Shown here piece after piece: positions 17,071-26,886 of a stretch of 64,000 nucleotides of DNA. The stretch lies in the IMG/VR virus record IMGVR_UViG_3300036770_008730. The stretch is one strand, 5' to 3'. Both the position numbers and the translations under genes were made by a program. A model generated the notes under the pieces. It worked only from the letters and a program-made list of their open reading frames with translations. It did no database searches and was not told where the DNA came from. Position 1 is the stretch's first letter. Every line of letters starts with the position of its first letter. Source of the stretch: a virus (Duplodnaviria; Caudoviricetes).

Positions 17071-18750
17071 ATGCCAGGAACATTTAGTTTAAATATAGGT
17101 CAGCCTACAGAATCTTCAAGGAAGCAAACAATTTTTAGTGTTCTTCAGGATTTACCAAATAATACTCAAAAGTTAATTTCTCCAAAAGATGTTAGAGATG
17201 CTTTTTTATCTACTTGGTCAAATTCATCATTTAGAGTAACTACACCAGGCGTCTTATCGACCTCTGAATACATTGGGATTGATAGTGGTGATCCTTCCAA
17301 CAGAGACATAAAAAATAAGATTTTTATAGGTAAGAGAAGTTATGGTAATCTTGATATCATGACAAATACTCTACTAAATTCTGATACAGATATTTTCTTT
17401 TTTAACACAAAAGAAGATACTGCTACTCAGAGTTCAACAAAGTTGTCAATTTTAGCTGGAACTAATTCAGCTCTTTATTCTACCGCACCTTATATAGAAA
17501 GTGTAGTAAACTCATCAAATACAGGATTTGATTTGAATATTAAAAATCCATCTTTCTTTGATGGTCCTATAAATGTAACAAGTTTATCTGGAAGGGTATC
17601 TATAAATGGCATAGCTTTTCCAACTTTATCCGAGACTTCGGCTAGTGCATCTAATGGACTTATTTTAAGATATTTTGGTACCTATCCTAATGGTTATCTA
17701 CAATGGGAATTACCTACAGTTAGTGTGAGTAGTATAGGTGTTACTGGACTTCCAACTAATATTTATGGAAGTACTGTGAGTGTTAATGGATATCCTATTG
17801 AATTTATCGAAAATAATATAGTACCTATTACCTTAGGTGGTGTGACTCAAGGAGCTTCTTTTCCAGCTACCTCTTTTTATAATGGTTCTTCTTATCAGAA
17901 TTGGCCAATTGTAGAAGTTATTAGAAATATTCTATATCCTTATATTGAGCCCGATTTAACTCTTAATATTGATATTAATAATAGTGGTTCTATATATGCT
18001 GAAGTTGGAACAACTCCATCTATAACTATTACTTATTCGGTTACTCATTATGCTAGACAATCATCTGAAAATATTAGTTCTTTTATAATATCATCTAATA
18101 CTTCTGTTATTGAGGGAACAACCTACTCTGGTTCACCAACATTAAGCTTTGGTGGTATTCCAGGATCTTATTTTCATGGAACTGCTAGTGCGGCAACATA
18201 TAGTAGTGTTACCGGAACCACTGTTAGCTTTTACTCTTTTGCATCTAACTATTCTTCTGTTACTTTAGCTGGTTTCCCTTTATATTTTTCTTTTAGCGCA
18301 ACTGCTAGTATGAGATTTGTTAGCCCTGTTGTTGGTGGTTTTATATCTGGTAATACATTGAATTTTGATTTACAAACTTCTGGAAATACTAATACTCGAG
18401 AAAGTGTCGCTGCTTTAGTATATGGTCAAACTGTTTCAGTTAATAAGGCAATACTGCCATATCCTGGAGTATCTCAATCTATATTTGTATCAGCTACTGG
18501 TATCGGATACTTATATTTTGCAGTTCCTGGAGTTACGGAATATAATTTAGGTATACTTTCACAGATAAAAGATCCAAATGGGTATATTGTTCATGATTAT
18601 CAAAGTTATTCTTATTCAGCATTTACTTTTTCAAACAACGCAATATTACCTATAAGTCCATTTGATTATTACTCATCGTACAGAGTTTATAAAACTTATG
18701 CAACATGTAGTTATTATGGAGGAGGAAGTTTTGAATTAATATTTACATAA
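17071..18750 (+). CDS. putative virion structural (tail-associated) protein, paralog of the next gene
   Basis: S/T/G/Y-rich beta-type composition; TTAATATATAC upstream; many blocks shared with 18750..20243. Confidence 0.55.
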   Translation: MPGTFSLNIGQPTESSRKQTIFSVLQDLPNNTQKLISPKDVRDAFLSTWSNSSFRVTTPGVLSTSEYIGIDSGDPSNRDIKNKIFIGKRSYGNLDIMTNTLLNSDTDIFFFNTKEDTATQSSTKLSILAGTNSALYSTAPYIESVVNSSNTGFDLNIKNPSFFDGPINVTSLSGRVSINGIAFPTLSETSASASNGLILRYFGTYPNGYLQWELPTVSVSSIGVTGLPTNIYGSTVSVNGYPIEFIENNIVPITLGGVTQGASFPATSFYNGSSYQNWPIVEVIRNILYPYIEPDLTLNIDINNSGSIYAEVGTTPSITITYSVTHYARQSSENISSFIISSNTSVIEGTTYSGSPTLSFGGIPGSYFHGTASAATYSSVTGTTVSFYSFASNYSSVTLAGFPLYFSFSATASMRFVSPVVGGFISGNTLNFDLQTSGNTNTRESVAALVYGQTVSVNKAILPYPGVSQSIFVSATGIGYLYFAVPGVTEYNLGILSQIKDPNGYIVHDYQSYSYSAFTFSNNAILPISPFDYYSSYRVYKTYATCSYYGGGSFELIFT

Positions 18751-20243
18751 TGGCTACTTTTAGTTTAAACATAGGTCTGAGTACAGAAGCAACAGCTTAT
18801 CCGTTAGTATCTTATGCTGATGTGGATAACTTTTTTTATAGACTCATTGATAATGAAACTAAATTAATAAACCCTGTTGATTTGAGAGATTGTATTCTAT
18901 CTTTATATTCATCTTCTGGTTTCAAAGTTACTGATACCGCAGTCTCAACAAAAAAATACATAGGAATTGATACATTGAATCCATCAGATAGAGATGTGAA
19001 AAGGTTAATTTATTTAGGTAAAAGATCTTTTTCAGGTACATATTCTTATACGAGTTCAGATGATATATTATCAACTTTTTCTTATTCTACTACCGAAACG
19101 GATATTTACTTTTTTAACACTAAAAGAGATACTATAGATAATAATGAAACAAAGATTAGCATAATTGCTGGAACCTCACTTGGTTTGCATACCAATTCTG
19201 CCTATATCAGAACACAAAAAGTGACTTCTACATCTTCATTGTCTTTTGATTTTGTTAATCCATCTATTAATGGAAATATTGATATAAGAAGTGATTATGC
19301 CACTGTTTCTTTTAATGATATAGTTTTCCCCACAATAACTGAGTCCTTTGGATCTGCTTCTAATTTGAAAACATTCAAATGGGACAATGGTAAACTAATT
19401 TGGGATGATATCACTTATAATAATGTTGGATATATTGGTATGACCGGTGTCGACTTACAAATTTATGGACAACCTGTTAATATAAATGGATTTCCTTTAG
19501 AATTAACTGATAGTAGAAAAATGCCTATAAAGTTCAATGATATGATTCTTGGAACAACATTTAGTCAAGAACCTATAACCGATGTAATAAAAAAACTACT
19601 CTATCCTTATCTACCACCATTGTGTAGTATAAGTATACAATCTCCTTATAGCCAAGGCTTTAGTGAGGTCGGCACATCTCCTGTTCCAATTGTTCAATTT
19701 AGTATCACTAAGAGAACTTTACCAACATCGACCGCTACTCTTATCAATATGATTCCTGGTATTTACCCAAGTATTACTACTTTGGGTCAGGTAACACAAA
19801 CAAGTACTTCTACAGGAGTTGTTATTACTCCTATCACCACTGCAATAACTACATTTCAGATTAGTGTAAATGATGGTACTCAATCAGCCACCGCTAGTAC
19901 GACTATACAAGGTGTCTATCCTTATTTTTATGGGTTCAGTTCACTTTCTACTATGACTACTATTGGACTTTCTTCTCTAACTAAGTCTGTAGAAAAAAAA
20001 TCTGATAAGAATTTTGCAGTAACTGGAAATGGTAATTTATATTTTATATATGATTCTGTTTATGGAACGCTCTCAAATATATATGATTGGTTAGGAAATA
20101 CGGCATCAGCATCATTTTCACATTCTACACAAGTATTTTCTTCACCAAGTGGACTATGGGCGGCTAAGCAGTTTCATGTTTATAAATGGTCTGGTTCTCC
20201 TCAGATTGGTCCACCTGCATTAAATTTTTATTTACAGTACTAA
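18750..20243 (+). CDS. putative virion structural (tail-associated) protein, paralog of the previous gene
   Basis: TFSLNIG, LI.P.D.RD, YIGID...PS.RD.K, TDI.FFNTK.D, LYPY..P blocks shared; TAATG stop/start overlap. Confidence 0.55.
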   Translation: MATFSLNIGLSTEATAYPLVSYADVDNFFYRLIDNETKLINPVDLRDCILSLYSSSGFKVTDTAVSTKKYIGIDTLNPSDRDVKRLIYLGKRSFSGTYSYTSSDDILSTFSYSTTETDIYFFNTKRDTIDNNETKISIIAGTSLGLHTNSAYIRTQKVTSTSSLSFDFVNPSINGNIDIRSDYATVSFNDIVFPTITESFGSASNLKTFKWDNGKLIWDDITYNNVGYIGMTGVDLQIYGQPVNINGFPLELTDSRKMPIKFNDMILGTTFSQEPITDVIKKLLYPYLPPLCSISIQSPYSQGFSEVGTSPVPIVQFSITKRTLPTSTATLINMIPGIYPSITTLGQVTQTSTSTGVVITPITTAITTFQISVNDGTQSATASTTIQGVYPYFYGFSSLSTMTTIGLSSLTKSVEKKSDKNFAVTGNGNLYFIYDSVYGTLSNIYDWLGNTASASFSHSTQVFSSPSGLWAAKQFHVYKWSGSPQIGPPALNFYLQY

Positions 20244-20261
20244 AAAAATTATATATAGTTT

Positions 20262-22502
20262 ATGCCAATACAACTGATAGAAAATTTCGAGTTAAGTGTT
20301 CCAAAACCAATTGATAACAGAATTGTTGTTGGTCCTGGTTTTACATATACTGATAAAAATTCTATACCACTTCCTTATGTAGGTATGAGGATATTTGACA
20401 CTAATGATAGTTACCCCTATCTTTGGACAGGCTCTACTTGGTCTTTTGAGACTAATAGAGTTAATGTTACACATAATATAACTAGTAACTCTGATCATTT
20501 TATAAATTTTGTTTCGGCAACTGGATCACCTCAACTTTTACAGTCTAATCAAACTCTTAGATTTCATCCACTCAGAGGTCAAATTACAGCTGGTCCTGGT
20601 TCAGCTATATATCCAACCTATGGATTCACTTCTTCTAATTCATCTCAATTTATGGGTATGTGGAAAGTTTCATCAAATATTATTGGATTTTCTATTTCAC
20701 GAATATCTGGTACTGACTTTCAAATATCATCAACTGGTATCACAGCTTCTCAAAGATTTAACGTTGCTAATGATATACCAGGTTCTTTCACATTTGGTCA
20801 GGGAACAGCAAGATTTGGTAGATTGACCGGTACAACTTTTCCAAGTATAGAGTTTTACGCGACTTCTCCTAATACAGCTCTTAGAGTTTATAACTTGTCA
20901 CCAGTTAACATTGAAGCTACTAGATCTGGTGGATTGCCAGGTTATTCAAACGCCACAACTGCAACTACTGGTTTAAGTTTAGAAAACTGGACAAACTATT
21001 CTGTTTTAGCTGTCAGAGATCAACATTATATAAATACAGAATCACGTCGAGGTATATTGAGTATTGGAAATGCGGGAAATAATGACCAATTCGTATTCTT
21101 TATGAGGGATCATAGTATTGCTTCATCAAATTCATCATTTGATTATGATGGTGGTGGTCTTATCATTCAAAGAAATCTTTCAGTAAGTGGTGGTACAAGA
21201 CTTTCAGGAACTGTAAGTGTATTGTCAAATGTCACAATTAGTAAAGATGTTGCTGGTGACTACTACGGACTGGCAATTAAAAACTCATCAACTGCTGCTA
21301 CTTCTACTAAAACATCAATTTTATCTTTTTGGGGTAAAAGTACCACCGGTGTGGATCAAAGGGTTGTTGATATATATGCTCAATGTAGACCATTAAGTGG
21401 TCCAATTAATATAGGTGAATGGGCAAAATCCTCGCTAGTATTTCAAGTTATTCCGAGAGATTCATCTGGATCGACAATTAATATTGGTGGTGTTTCTGGT
21501 TGGAATGCGCACACTATTGAACTCAGAGAAGATGGTCAAGTTTATATGGGTCCAAATGTGGGATCTGGTGCCGCACCAACTACTATTATTGGTTCTTCTC
21601 CTCTATTTCCTAACTCGCTTCCTAGATTAGATATTGCTACTGGATTATCTTCCGGTGCTTATAATGATTGTATAGTATTTAGACAACCAGCTATTAGTGT
21701 TTCAGCAGTCACTAGAAGAATTGGTTTGTTAATGAAGTTGAGTGGTGAGAGTAACTCGACCGAATCTTTAAAAAGTGGTGGCATGATGGTAGAGTCGAGT
21801 GAGGGCGCTGCTAATTTCCCAAGTCTTTTTCTAGTAACTTCTGATGAAAAAAGACTTGAGATAGATGCTACTCAATATGGTGGAAACTTTATATTCAATA
21901 ATCCTACAAATAGTATTTTTAACGGTTCTACTGCAAAAATACCTGGCAAAAAGGTAATTATATCAAATAATGATATAATTACTGATATTCACAATAAAGG
22001 AACCAATGGTATAGGTGATTCCGGTAATCAAGTATCTCCTTGGGCATATCCCTCTATCGCCTCTGGTCAATTATCAGTTCCAGATGTCATTTATGATAGC
22101 GTTAATATTTCACTTAGCTCTTTACAAATTAAACCTTTAATATGGATGAGAGTCGGAAATGTTGTTAGTGTATCTGGTTCAGTTAGAATTAATATATCGG
22201 TTGCAAATGCAATAACGGAATTTAAATTACCACTACCTCTTCTAAGTAATTTTGGTTTTGGAGCTGGTAATGCCAATAATTGGCAGTTAAATGGTATTGG
22301 TAAAACTGTTGATAAGTTTGGATCAGCAACATCTCCCTCTGGTGATGTTGTTACTATTCAGGCTTATGGCTCTCCCGGATTTGCACATTTCAAATTTAAG
22401 GCAAGTTCTACCGGAGTTCAAACAATTGTATATAACTATCAGTATGTTATGGGTAACTATCCTAATGGTGCTGTTCCAGATCCACCTTCTCCAACAGATT
22501 AG
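20262..22502 (+). CDS. putative tail fibre / receptor-binding protein
   Basis: N-terminal PIDNR-type motif, G/S/T/N-rich body, C-terminal W.RVGN.V.VSG fibre-tip-like motif. Confidence 0.55.
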   Translation: MPIQLIENFELSVPKPIDNRIVVGPGFTYTDKNSIPLPYVGMRIFDTNDSYPYLWTGSTWSFETNRVNVTHNITSNSDHFINFVSATGSPQLLQSNQTLRFHPLRGQITAGPGSAIYPTYGFTSSNSSQFMGMWKVSSNIIGFSISRISGTDFQISSTGITASQRFNVANDIPGSFTFGQGTARFGRLTGTTFPSIEFYATSPNTALRVYNLSPVNIEATRSGGLPGYSNATTATTGLSLENWTNYSVLAVRDQHYINTESRRGILSIGNAGNNDQFVFFMRDHSIASSNSSFDYDGGGLIIQRNLSVSGGTRLSGTVSVLSNVTISKDVAGDYYGLAIKNSSTAATSTKTSILSFWGKSTTGVDQRVVDIYAQCRPLSGPINIGEWAKSSLVFQVIPRDSSGSTINIGGVSGWNAHTIELREDGQVYMGPNVGSGAAPTTIIGSSPLFPNSLPRLDIATGLSSGAYNDCIVFRQPAISVSAVTRRIGLLMKLSGESNSTESLKSGGMMVESSEGAANFPSLFLVTSDEKRLEIDATQYGGNFIFNNPTNSIFNGSTAKIPGKKVIISNNDIITDIHNKGTNGIGDSGNQVSPWAYPSIASGQLSVPDVIYDSVNISLSSLQIKPLIWMRVGNVVSVSGSVRINISVANAITEFKLPLPLLSNFGFGAGNANNWQLNGIGKTVDKFGSATSPSGDVVTIQAYGSPGFAHFKFKASSTGVQTIVYNYQYVMGNYPNGAVPDPPSPTD

Positions 22503-22577
22503 TGATTCTTCAAATTTATAATTTTAATTCTATCTTGATAGTATTTAGAATCATAATTACTGGAAATTAATGCATTT

Positions 22578-23255
22578 TTAATTTATTTTCTCAAACCACC
22601 AATTGAAATAAATATAGTTATCTCCTACAAGATTACAATAATCTTCTCCTATTTTGATAATTAGTTTGTCAGAGTGTGATCTTACCAATTCTATTTCGAT
22701 TCCTTTTGTTATTTTGTGCATTTTTCCAGTTTCTACAGAATAACAAACTACTTCATCGTTTATTAATTTATAAATTCCTGGTTCTGGTTTTAACCATTGT
22801 TTAATGGTTTTGATTATGAGTCCTTTTATTTTTACAACCCATTCCTTTGCTTGATATAATTCATGGTCTTTGAATACCTCAGATTTTAATTCTGGTGAGT
22901 TCATTATATTCTTTACTACTCCGAAATACTCTGTATCTGAAATAATGAAACTTATATAGACATCGTAATTAATGTTATTTGATTTTATAATTCTTAGAAC
23001 TTTTAAATTTTTAATATCTTGTTCTTCTAATGCTATTTTACTTCTTAATTTGCTATATGCAGAAGTTCCTTTAAGATTATAAAGGATATCATTTATTCTG
23101 GACATAGCAGCTCTTATCTTATCCTGGTGCTTATCAAATGCATCTATTGATAATTTTGGATCATCTACATGTACTGATGCCCTTGCTGAGTCTGGATTTA
23201 ATCTTTGAAGATTGAATTCAGTAAATTCTAGAATTAATCTATTCTTCTGTTTCAT
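22578..23255 (-). CDS. hypothetical protein
   Basis: 225-aa ORF; MKQKNRLILEFTEF; divergent TATATA element upstream. Confidence 0.7.
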   Translation of the reverse strand: MKQKNRLILEFTEFNLQRLNPDSARASVHVDDPKLSIDAFDKHQDKIRAAMSRINDILYNLKGTSAYSKLRSKIALEEQDIKNLKVLRIIKSNNINYDVYISFIISDTEYFGVVKNIMNSPELKSEVFKDHELYQAKEWVVKIKGLIIKTIKQWLKPEPGIYKLINDEVVCYSVETGKMHKITKGIEIELVRSHSDKLIIKIGEDYCNLVGDNYIYFNWWFEKIN

Positions 23256-23291
23256 ATATAAATATATATATTAAAATCATAAATTAGTATT

Positions 23292-23624
23292 ATGAAAATT
23301 AAAAGATTTAATGAATCCGAAGAAGTAACAATTAGTAATAAATCTGTTCAAGATTTAGTAAAAAGATTAGGTGAGTTTTCATCTCAGATTTCTGAAAACT
23401 TAAAAATGGTAGAGTCATTACATAATGAACTTAATAATTATAAATCACTTTCAACAAAATCAAATAATCAGATAGATGATTCAATCTCATTGTCTCAGTT
23501 GCTACAAACTTCTATAAATGATTGCAAAGACTACGCTGATAAAATTATTGAAAATCTTAACTCTTATACTCAAGAGGGAAGTCAATATCTATATACTAAA
23601 AGTAAAAAAACATCTGAAGAATGA
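23292..23624 (+). CDS. hypothetical coiled-coil protein with capsid-targeting-like N-terminus
   Basis: MKIKRFNESEE; heptad-like helical composition. Confidence 0.65.
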   Translation: MKIKRFNESEEVTISNKSVQDLVKRLGEFSSQISENLKMVESLHNELNNYKSLSTKSNNQIDDSISLSQLLQTSINDCKDYADKIIENLNSYTQEGSQYLYTKSKKTSEE

Positions 23625-24442
23625 AAATAAAAGAATCTTTAAGAGATAGAATAGTCAATACTTTTCTTTATTGTTTAAATTGGACAAGATTCAAATTATT
23701 TAGAATAAAGAAATTTGGAGAACAAGAACCGAAAACTTATAAAATGAATCTTGTTTTCTATGATAATTTCAAAAAATTTGATAATAAAAATTGGAGAATA
23801 GGTCAGCCTTGGGGTCTTTTTCATCCTGAATATCCCTATCAGTATTACTCAAAAGACGCTGTTAGTGTGAAAGATAATTCTTTAGTTCTAAGTCAATTTT
23901 ATTCACCTAAAAAATTAACATTTCAAGATAATCAACAAGTATTTGATATACCCCAAGCGGTTGGACTTGTAACTAGTTATGAATCTTTTGGTTATGGATT
24001 TTATAAGTTTGAATGTAAATTACCAAAAGGTATTGGCCTTTGGCCAGCAATTTGGCTGAGCTGTGATAAAACTTGGCCACCAGAGATTGATATATTAGAA
24101 GCATATTCTAATGAAAATGGTGATTATAAAAATCATTTGCAATCTAACTTTCATTATGATTTTGACAAAAATAAAAAACAAGCTGGTGCTAGAAACCACA
24201 CAGTTTATTCAAACAATGATATTCTTAGTTTAGGTTGTCATTTTACAAAAGATTTTATTAAAATATACTATAATGGTTATTTGGTTAGACAAATCACCAA
24301 TGATGAAATCTTAGACTTCTTTAGAGATAAGAAAATGATAATAATCTTAAACAACGCTATAAGAGCTGAATATAAAGATAAGACAGAATTAGTAAGTCAA
24401 ACTTCTAATTTTTATATTTACAATATAAGTTACTGGCAATGA
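23621..24442 (+). CDS. glycoside hydrolase family 16 (beta-glucanase/laminarinase-like)
   Basis: GYGFYKFECKLP, GLWPAIWL, WPPEIDILE (ExDxxE catalytic motif), FYYNG-like IYYNG, M.IILN. Confidence 0.85.
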   Translation: MKIKESLRDRIVNTFLYCLNWTRFKLFRIKKFGEQEPKTYKMNLVFYDNFKKFDNKNWRIGQPWGLFHPEYPYQYYSKDAVSVKDNSLVLSQFYSPKKLTFQDNQQVFDIPQAVGLVTSYESFGYGFYKFECKLPKGIGLWPAIWLSCDKTWPPEIDILEAYSNENGDYKNHLQSNFHYDFDKNKKQAGARNHTVYSNNDILSLGCHFTKDFIKIYYNGYLVRQITNDEILDFFRDKKMIIILNNAIRAEYKDKTELVSQTSNFYIYNISYWQ

Positions 24443-24573
24443 TTTGGGAAAAGATATCAGAAGAAACAAAAAACAAAATATTAAATTCTCTTAAGAAATT
24501 TTCTATCGATAAAGCTATCAGAAAAAGTAAGCGAATATTTAAAATTAAAAGACTTTTCAATGTTGTTGGGTAG
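24439..24573 (+). CDS. small hypothetical protein, 44 aa, not in the ORF track
   Basis: Translated by hand: MIWEKISEETKNKILNSLKKFSIDKAIRKSKRIFKIKRLFNVVG; ATGA overlap with the GH16 stop. Confidence 0.5.
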   Translation: MIWEKISEETKNKILNSLKKFSIDKAIRKSKRIFKIKRLFNVVG

Positions 24574-24805
24574 AAAATCAGAGGAATTAATAAATCCTGG
24601 TTATATTTTTGCTCCTTATATACCTGCTGATAATTCAGTTGAATATTCCGGTAAAAAGACAATGAGAAAATCTAAAATTAATAAGATTTTTGAACTTCAA
24701 CTTGACATAAAGTGTGAGTCTCCTATTTCAATAGTTAGTAGGTATTCTAAAAAAGTTCTTAACAATAAATATTATCAAACAATAGAAATAAAAAAATCCT
24801 CTTAA
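24560..24805 (+). CDS. small protein with a gp23-capsid-like GYIFAPYIP motif and an RKSKINKIF tag
   Basis: ORF track; motifs read directly. Confidence 0.55.
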   Translation: MLLGRKSEELINPGYIFAPYIPADNSVEYSGKKTMRKSKINKIFELQLDIKCESPISIVSRYSKKVLNNKYYQTIEIKKSS

Positions 24806-24826
24806 ATTAAGAGGATTTTATTTTTA
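24793..24826. terminator. bidirectional intrinsic terminator
   Basis: AAAATCCTCTTAA-a-TTAAGAGGATTTT between convergent genes. Confidence 0.75.
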
Positions 24827-24891
24827 TGATAATTATAATTTAGAAATAAGTTTACTCATGCTTGAGAACCGAACTTTTTAATTTCCATAGA

Positions 24892-25464
24892 TTATTTATT
24901 GTATTTTAATTTATAAAGTGTTTTGTATATTAAAGCAACCGCCTCATCAACAATATTTAATAAATGACTGTCTTCAGCTTTAATACATTTCTTTTCCGTT
25001 TTTACAAATTCAACTAATTCTTCAAAATAAGCAATCTTATCTTTTGAGCTAGTTTCTTTTGTATCTATTACTTCATATCCTTCTACTATACCATATTGTC
25101 CCTGATATACTTCAATCATCTCATCGATAAAACCTAATATACCATCGTAGTATTCACCTAAAGCTGTGTGTGCTGCATGAGAACCTGGTTCACCTTTAAC
25201 AGTTAGATGATAGATATGTGCCATTTCTCTACTCTCAAAAAGTTTAGAGAAGAATTTTACTACATCCCCACCAGAAGAAGTTGTTTCTTTTTTCTCAGTC
25301 TCTTTTTCTTCTGACTCTTCTTTCTTTTGTTCTTTATTACCAGACATCAACTTTATAAGCTCTTCTTTTGACATATCTTCATAGTTTGAAGGTAAATTTG
25401 GTTTAGCCTCATCTTGTTCGTTGATTCTTCTGTATTTTTTCTGAATATCTGAAAATCTTTTCAT
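24892..25464 (-). CDS. ferritin-like (DUF5856-type) protein with capsid-targeting-like N-terminus
   Basis: H.YHL...SHAAH.ALGEYYD, E.YQG.YG, N.VDE...LIY.T.YKL four-helix pattern; MKRFSDI...INE. Confidence 0.55.
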   Translation of the reverse strand: MKRFSDIQKKYRRINEQDEAKPNLPSNYEDMSKEELIKLMSGNKEQKKEESEEKETEKKETTSSGGDVVKFFSKLFESREMAHIYHLTVKGEPGSHAAHTALGEYYDGILGFIDEMIEVYQGQYGIVEGYEVIDTKETSSKDKIAYFEELVEFVKTEKKCIKAEDSHLLNIVDEAVALIYKTLYKLKYNK

Positions 25465-25483
25465 TTATAATGATTATTTTTTT

Positions 25484-25690
25484 TTATATATTAAAATCTT
25501 TTGTTGAATTTTCTTCTTCAACTTTACTTATTGATAAATCAGTAACTCCTTCTATTTTTTTGAATGTATCATCTGCAATAAATGAAGCTTCTCCTTCATT
25601 TGCTGCTGTGATTTCAACTTCAACCACCATTTGAACTTTAAACTTTTTCTGTTCAACTGTATTTTCCAATATTTTAGAGAATTTCTTCAT
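25484..25690 (-). CDS. small hypothetical protein with capsid-targeting-like N-terminus
   Basis: MKKFSKILEN. Confidence 0.6.
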   Translation of the reverse strand: MKKFSKILENTVEQKKFKVQMVVEVEITAANEGEASFIADDTFKKIEGVTDLSISKVEEENSTKDFNI

Positions 25691-26801
25691 CTTGTAAAAG
25701 TGCTGCTTTTATTTTTCCTATTTTTTGTTTTAGATATCTTCCATTCTTGTTGAATTGTTTTCCCCAATATTTGATAAAATCTAAACAACTCATTTTTTCA
25801 AATGTTGCCAAAGGAATGATTGGTTCTGCTTTCTGTGATGTAATTTCTTTTTTGTAGACCGCAATCCACATATCTTTAAGTTTATCTGCTATTTTATGGG
25901 AATTATCACAATCAGCAAATAAAAAATTACTGAATTTACTGAAATCATGATTATCGATTTCAGAAATCAAAGACATATAATATACCTCAGCGTCAAATTT
26001 TTCCATATATGTAGCCGTTTGCCAAATATCAAATGACTCAAGTTCCGCTTCTGGATACTTATGTAAATAATAAAACATCTCTTGAACAATAGCGTTCAAT
26101 TCAAAAGATTCGCTTATATAGATGTAATGAAGAAATGAACTTGTCCAATTTGCCCAAACCGGTTTTGGAAATTTCCATATGTTATTTTCAGCATAAGTAA
26201 GTGATGTATTGAAAGATCTATCATAGATTGGTTTTCGATATTCACCCCTTCTTGTTCCTTTTATAGTTCTTTTGTAATGTTCGAATGAGTGATTTAATTC
26301 GTGAAAAATTACAGAACCTATGCCATCTTCAAGTCTTTTTGAGTGACTCGGATTTTGTAAATCAAAGGTCACTTTATCAATTTCTATTTCTATTCCTATT
26401 TGAATTATCAAACCTATATCAGATAGTTTTTTTATAGGGTTGACTATTTTGGAATAATTTTTCCAATTTTTATGACCGAATCCCGATGCTGAACCACCTA
26501 CAACAATTGATTTATCTCCATATTTATTTTTGAATAAAGCAGTTCTCATCTTTTTGAATTCAAGAACAATTTCAAATGCAACTACTGGAAAATCCACATA
26601 AGCTGCCCAATCCGTTATATACGGTCTCAACTTTCTATAACTTATTTTTACTGTTTCATTGAAAGTCAATCCATCTGAATCAATAAATTTAAGAAATTCT
26701 TGTTTTGTTCTTAGGCTGATAGGCTCGTGTAAAAGCAAACTAGCCTTTGACACTCCTACTTTTTCATTTATTGAAAATTCTTCAAATCGGTATATCTTCA
26801 T
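25674..26801 (-). CDS. putative zinc metalloprotease-like protein with capsid-targeting-like N-terminus
   Basis: IFHELNHSFE (HExxH), downstream FELNA; MKIYRFEEFSINE. Confidence 0.55.
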   Translation of the reverse strand: MKIYRFEEFSINEKVGVSKASLLLHEPISLRTKQEFLKFIDSDGLTFNETVKISYRKLRPYITDWAAYVDFPVVAFEIVLEFKKMRTALFKNKYGDKSIVVGGSASGFGHKNWKNYSKIVNPIKKLSDIGLIIQIGIEIEIDKVTFDLQNPSHSKRLEDGIGSVIFHELNHSFEHYKRTIKGTRRGEYRKPIYDRSFNTSLTYAENNIWKFPKPVWANWTSSFLHYIYISESFELNAIVQEMFYYLHKYPEAELESFDIWQTATYMEKFDAEVYYMSLISEIDNHDFSKFSNFLFADCDNSHKIADKLKDMWIAVYKKEITSQKAEPIIPLATFEKMSCLDFIKYWGKQFNKNGRYLKQKIGKIKAALLQDEEIL

Positions 26802-26886
26802 CTGAGTATATATTAATATTTTTTTCTAAGAATAAAAAGTAGTATTTGTAATTTAATATATAATTCAACAAAAAATAAATTTTATT

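Noticed and set aside
17071-22502. Diversity-generating retroelement targeting the tail-fibre genes
   Set aside because: No reverse transcriptase and no template/variable repeat pair differing at adenines was seen in this window
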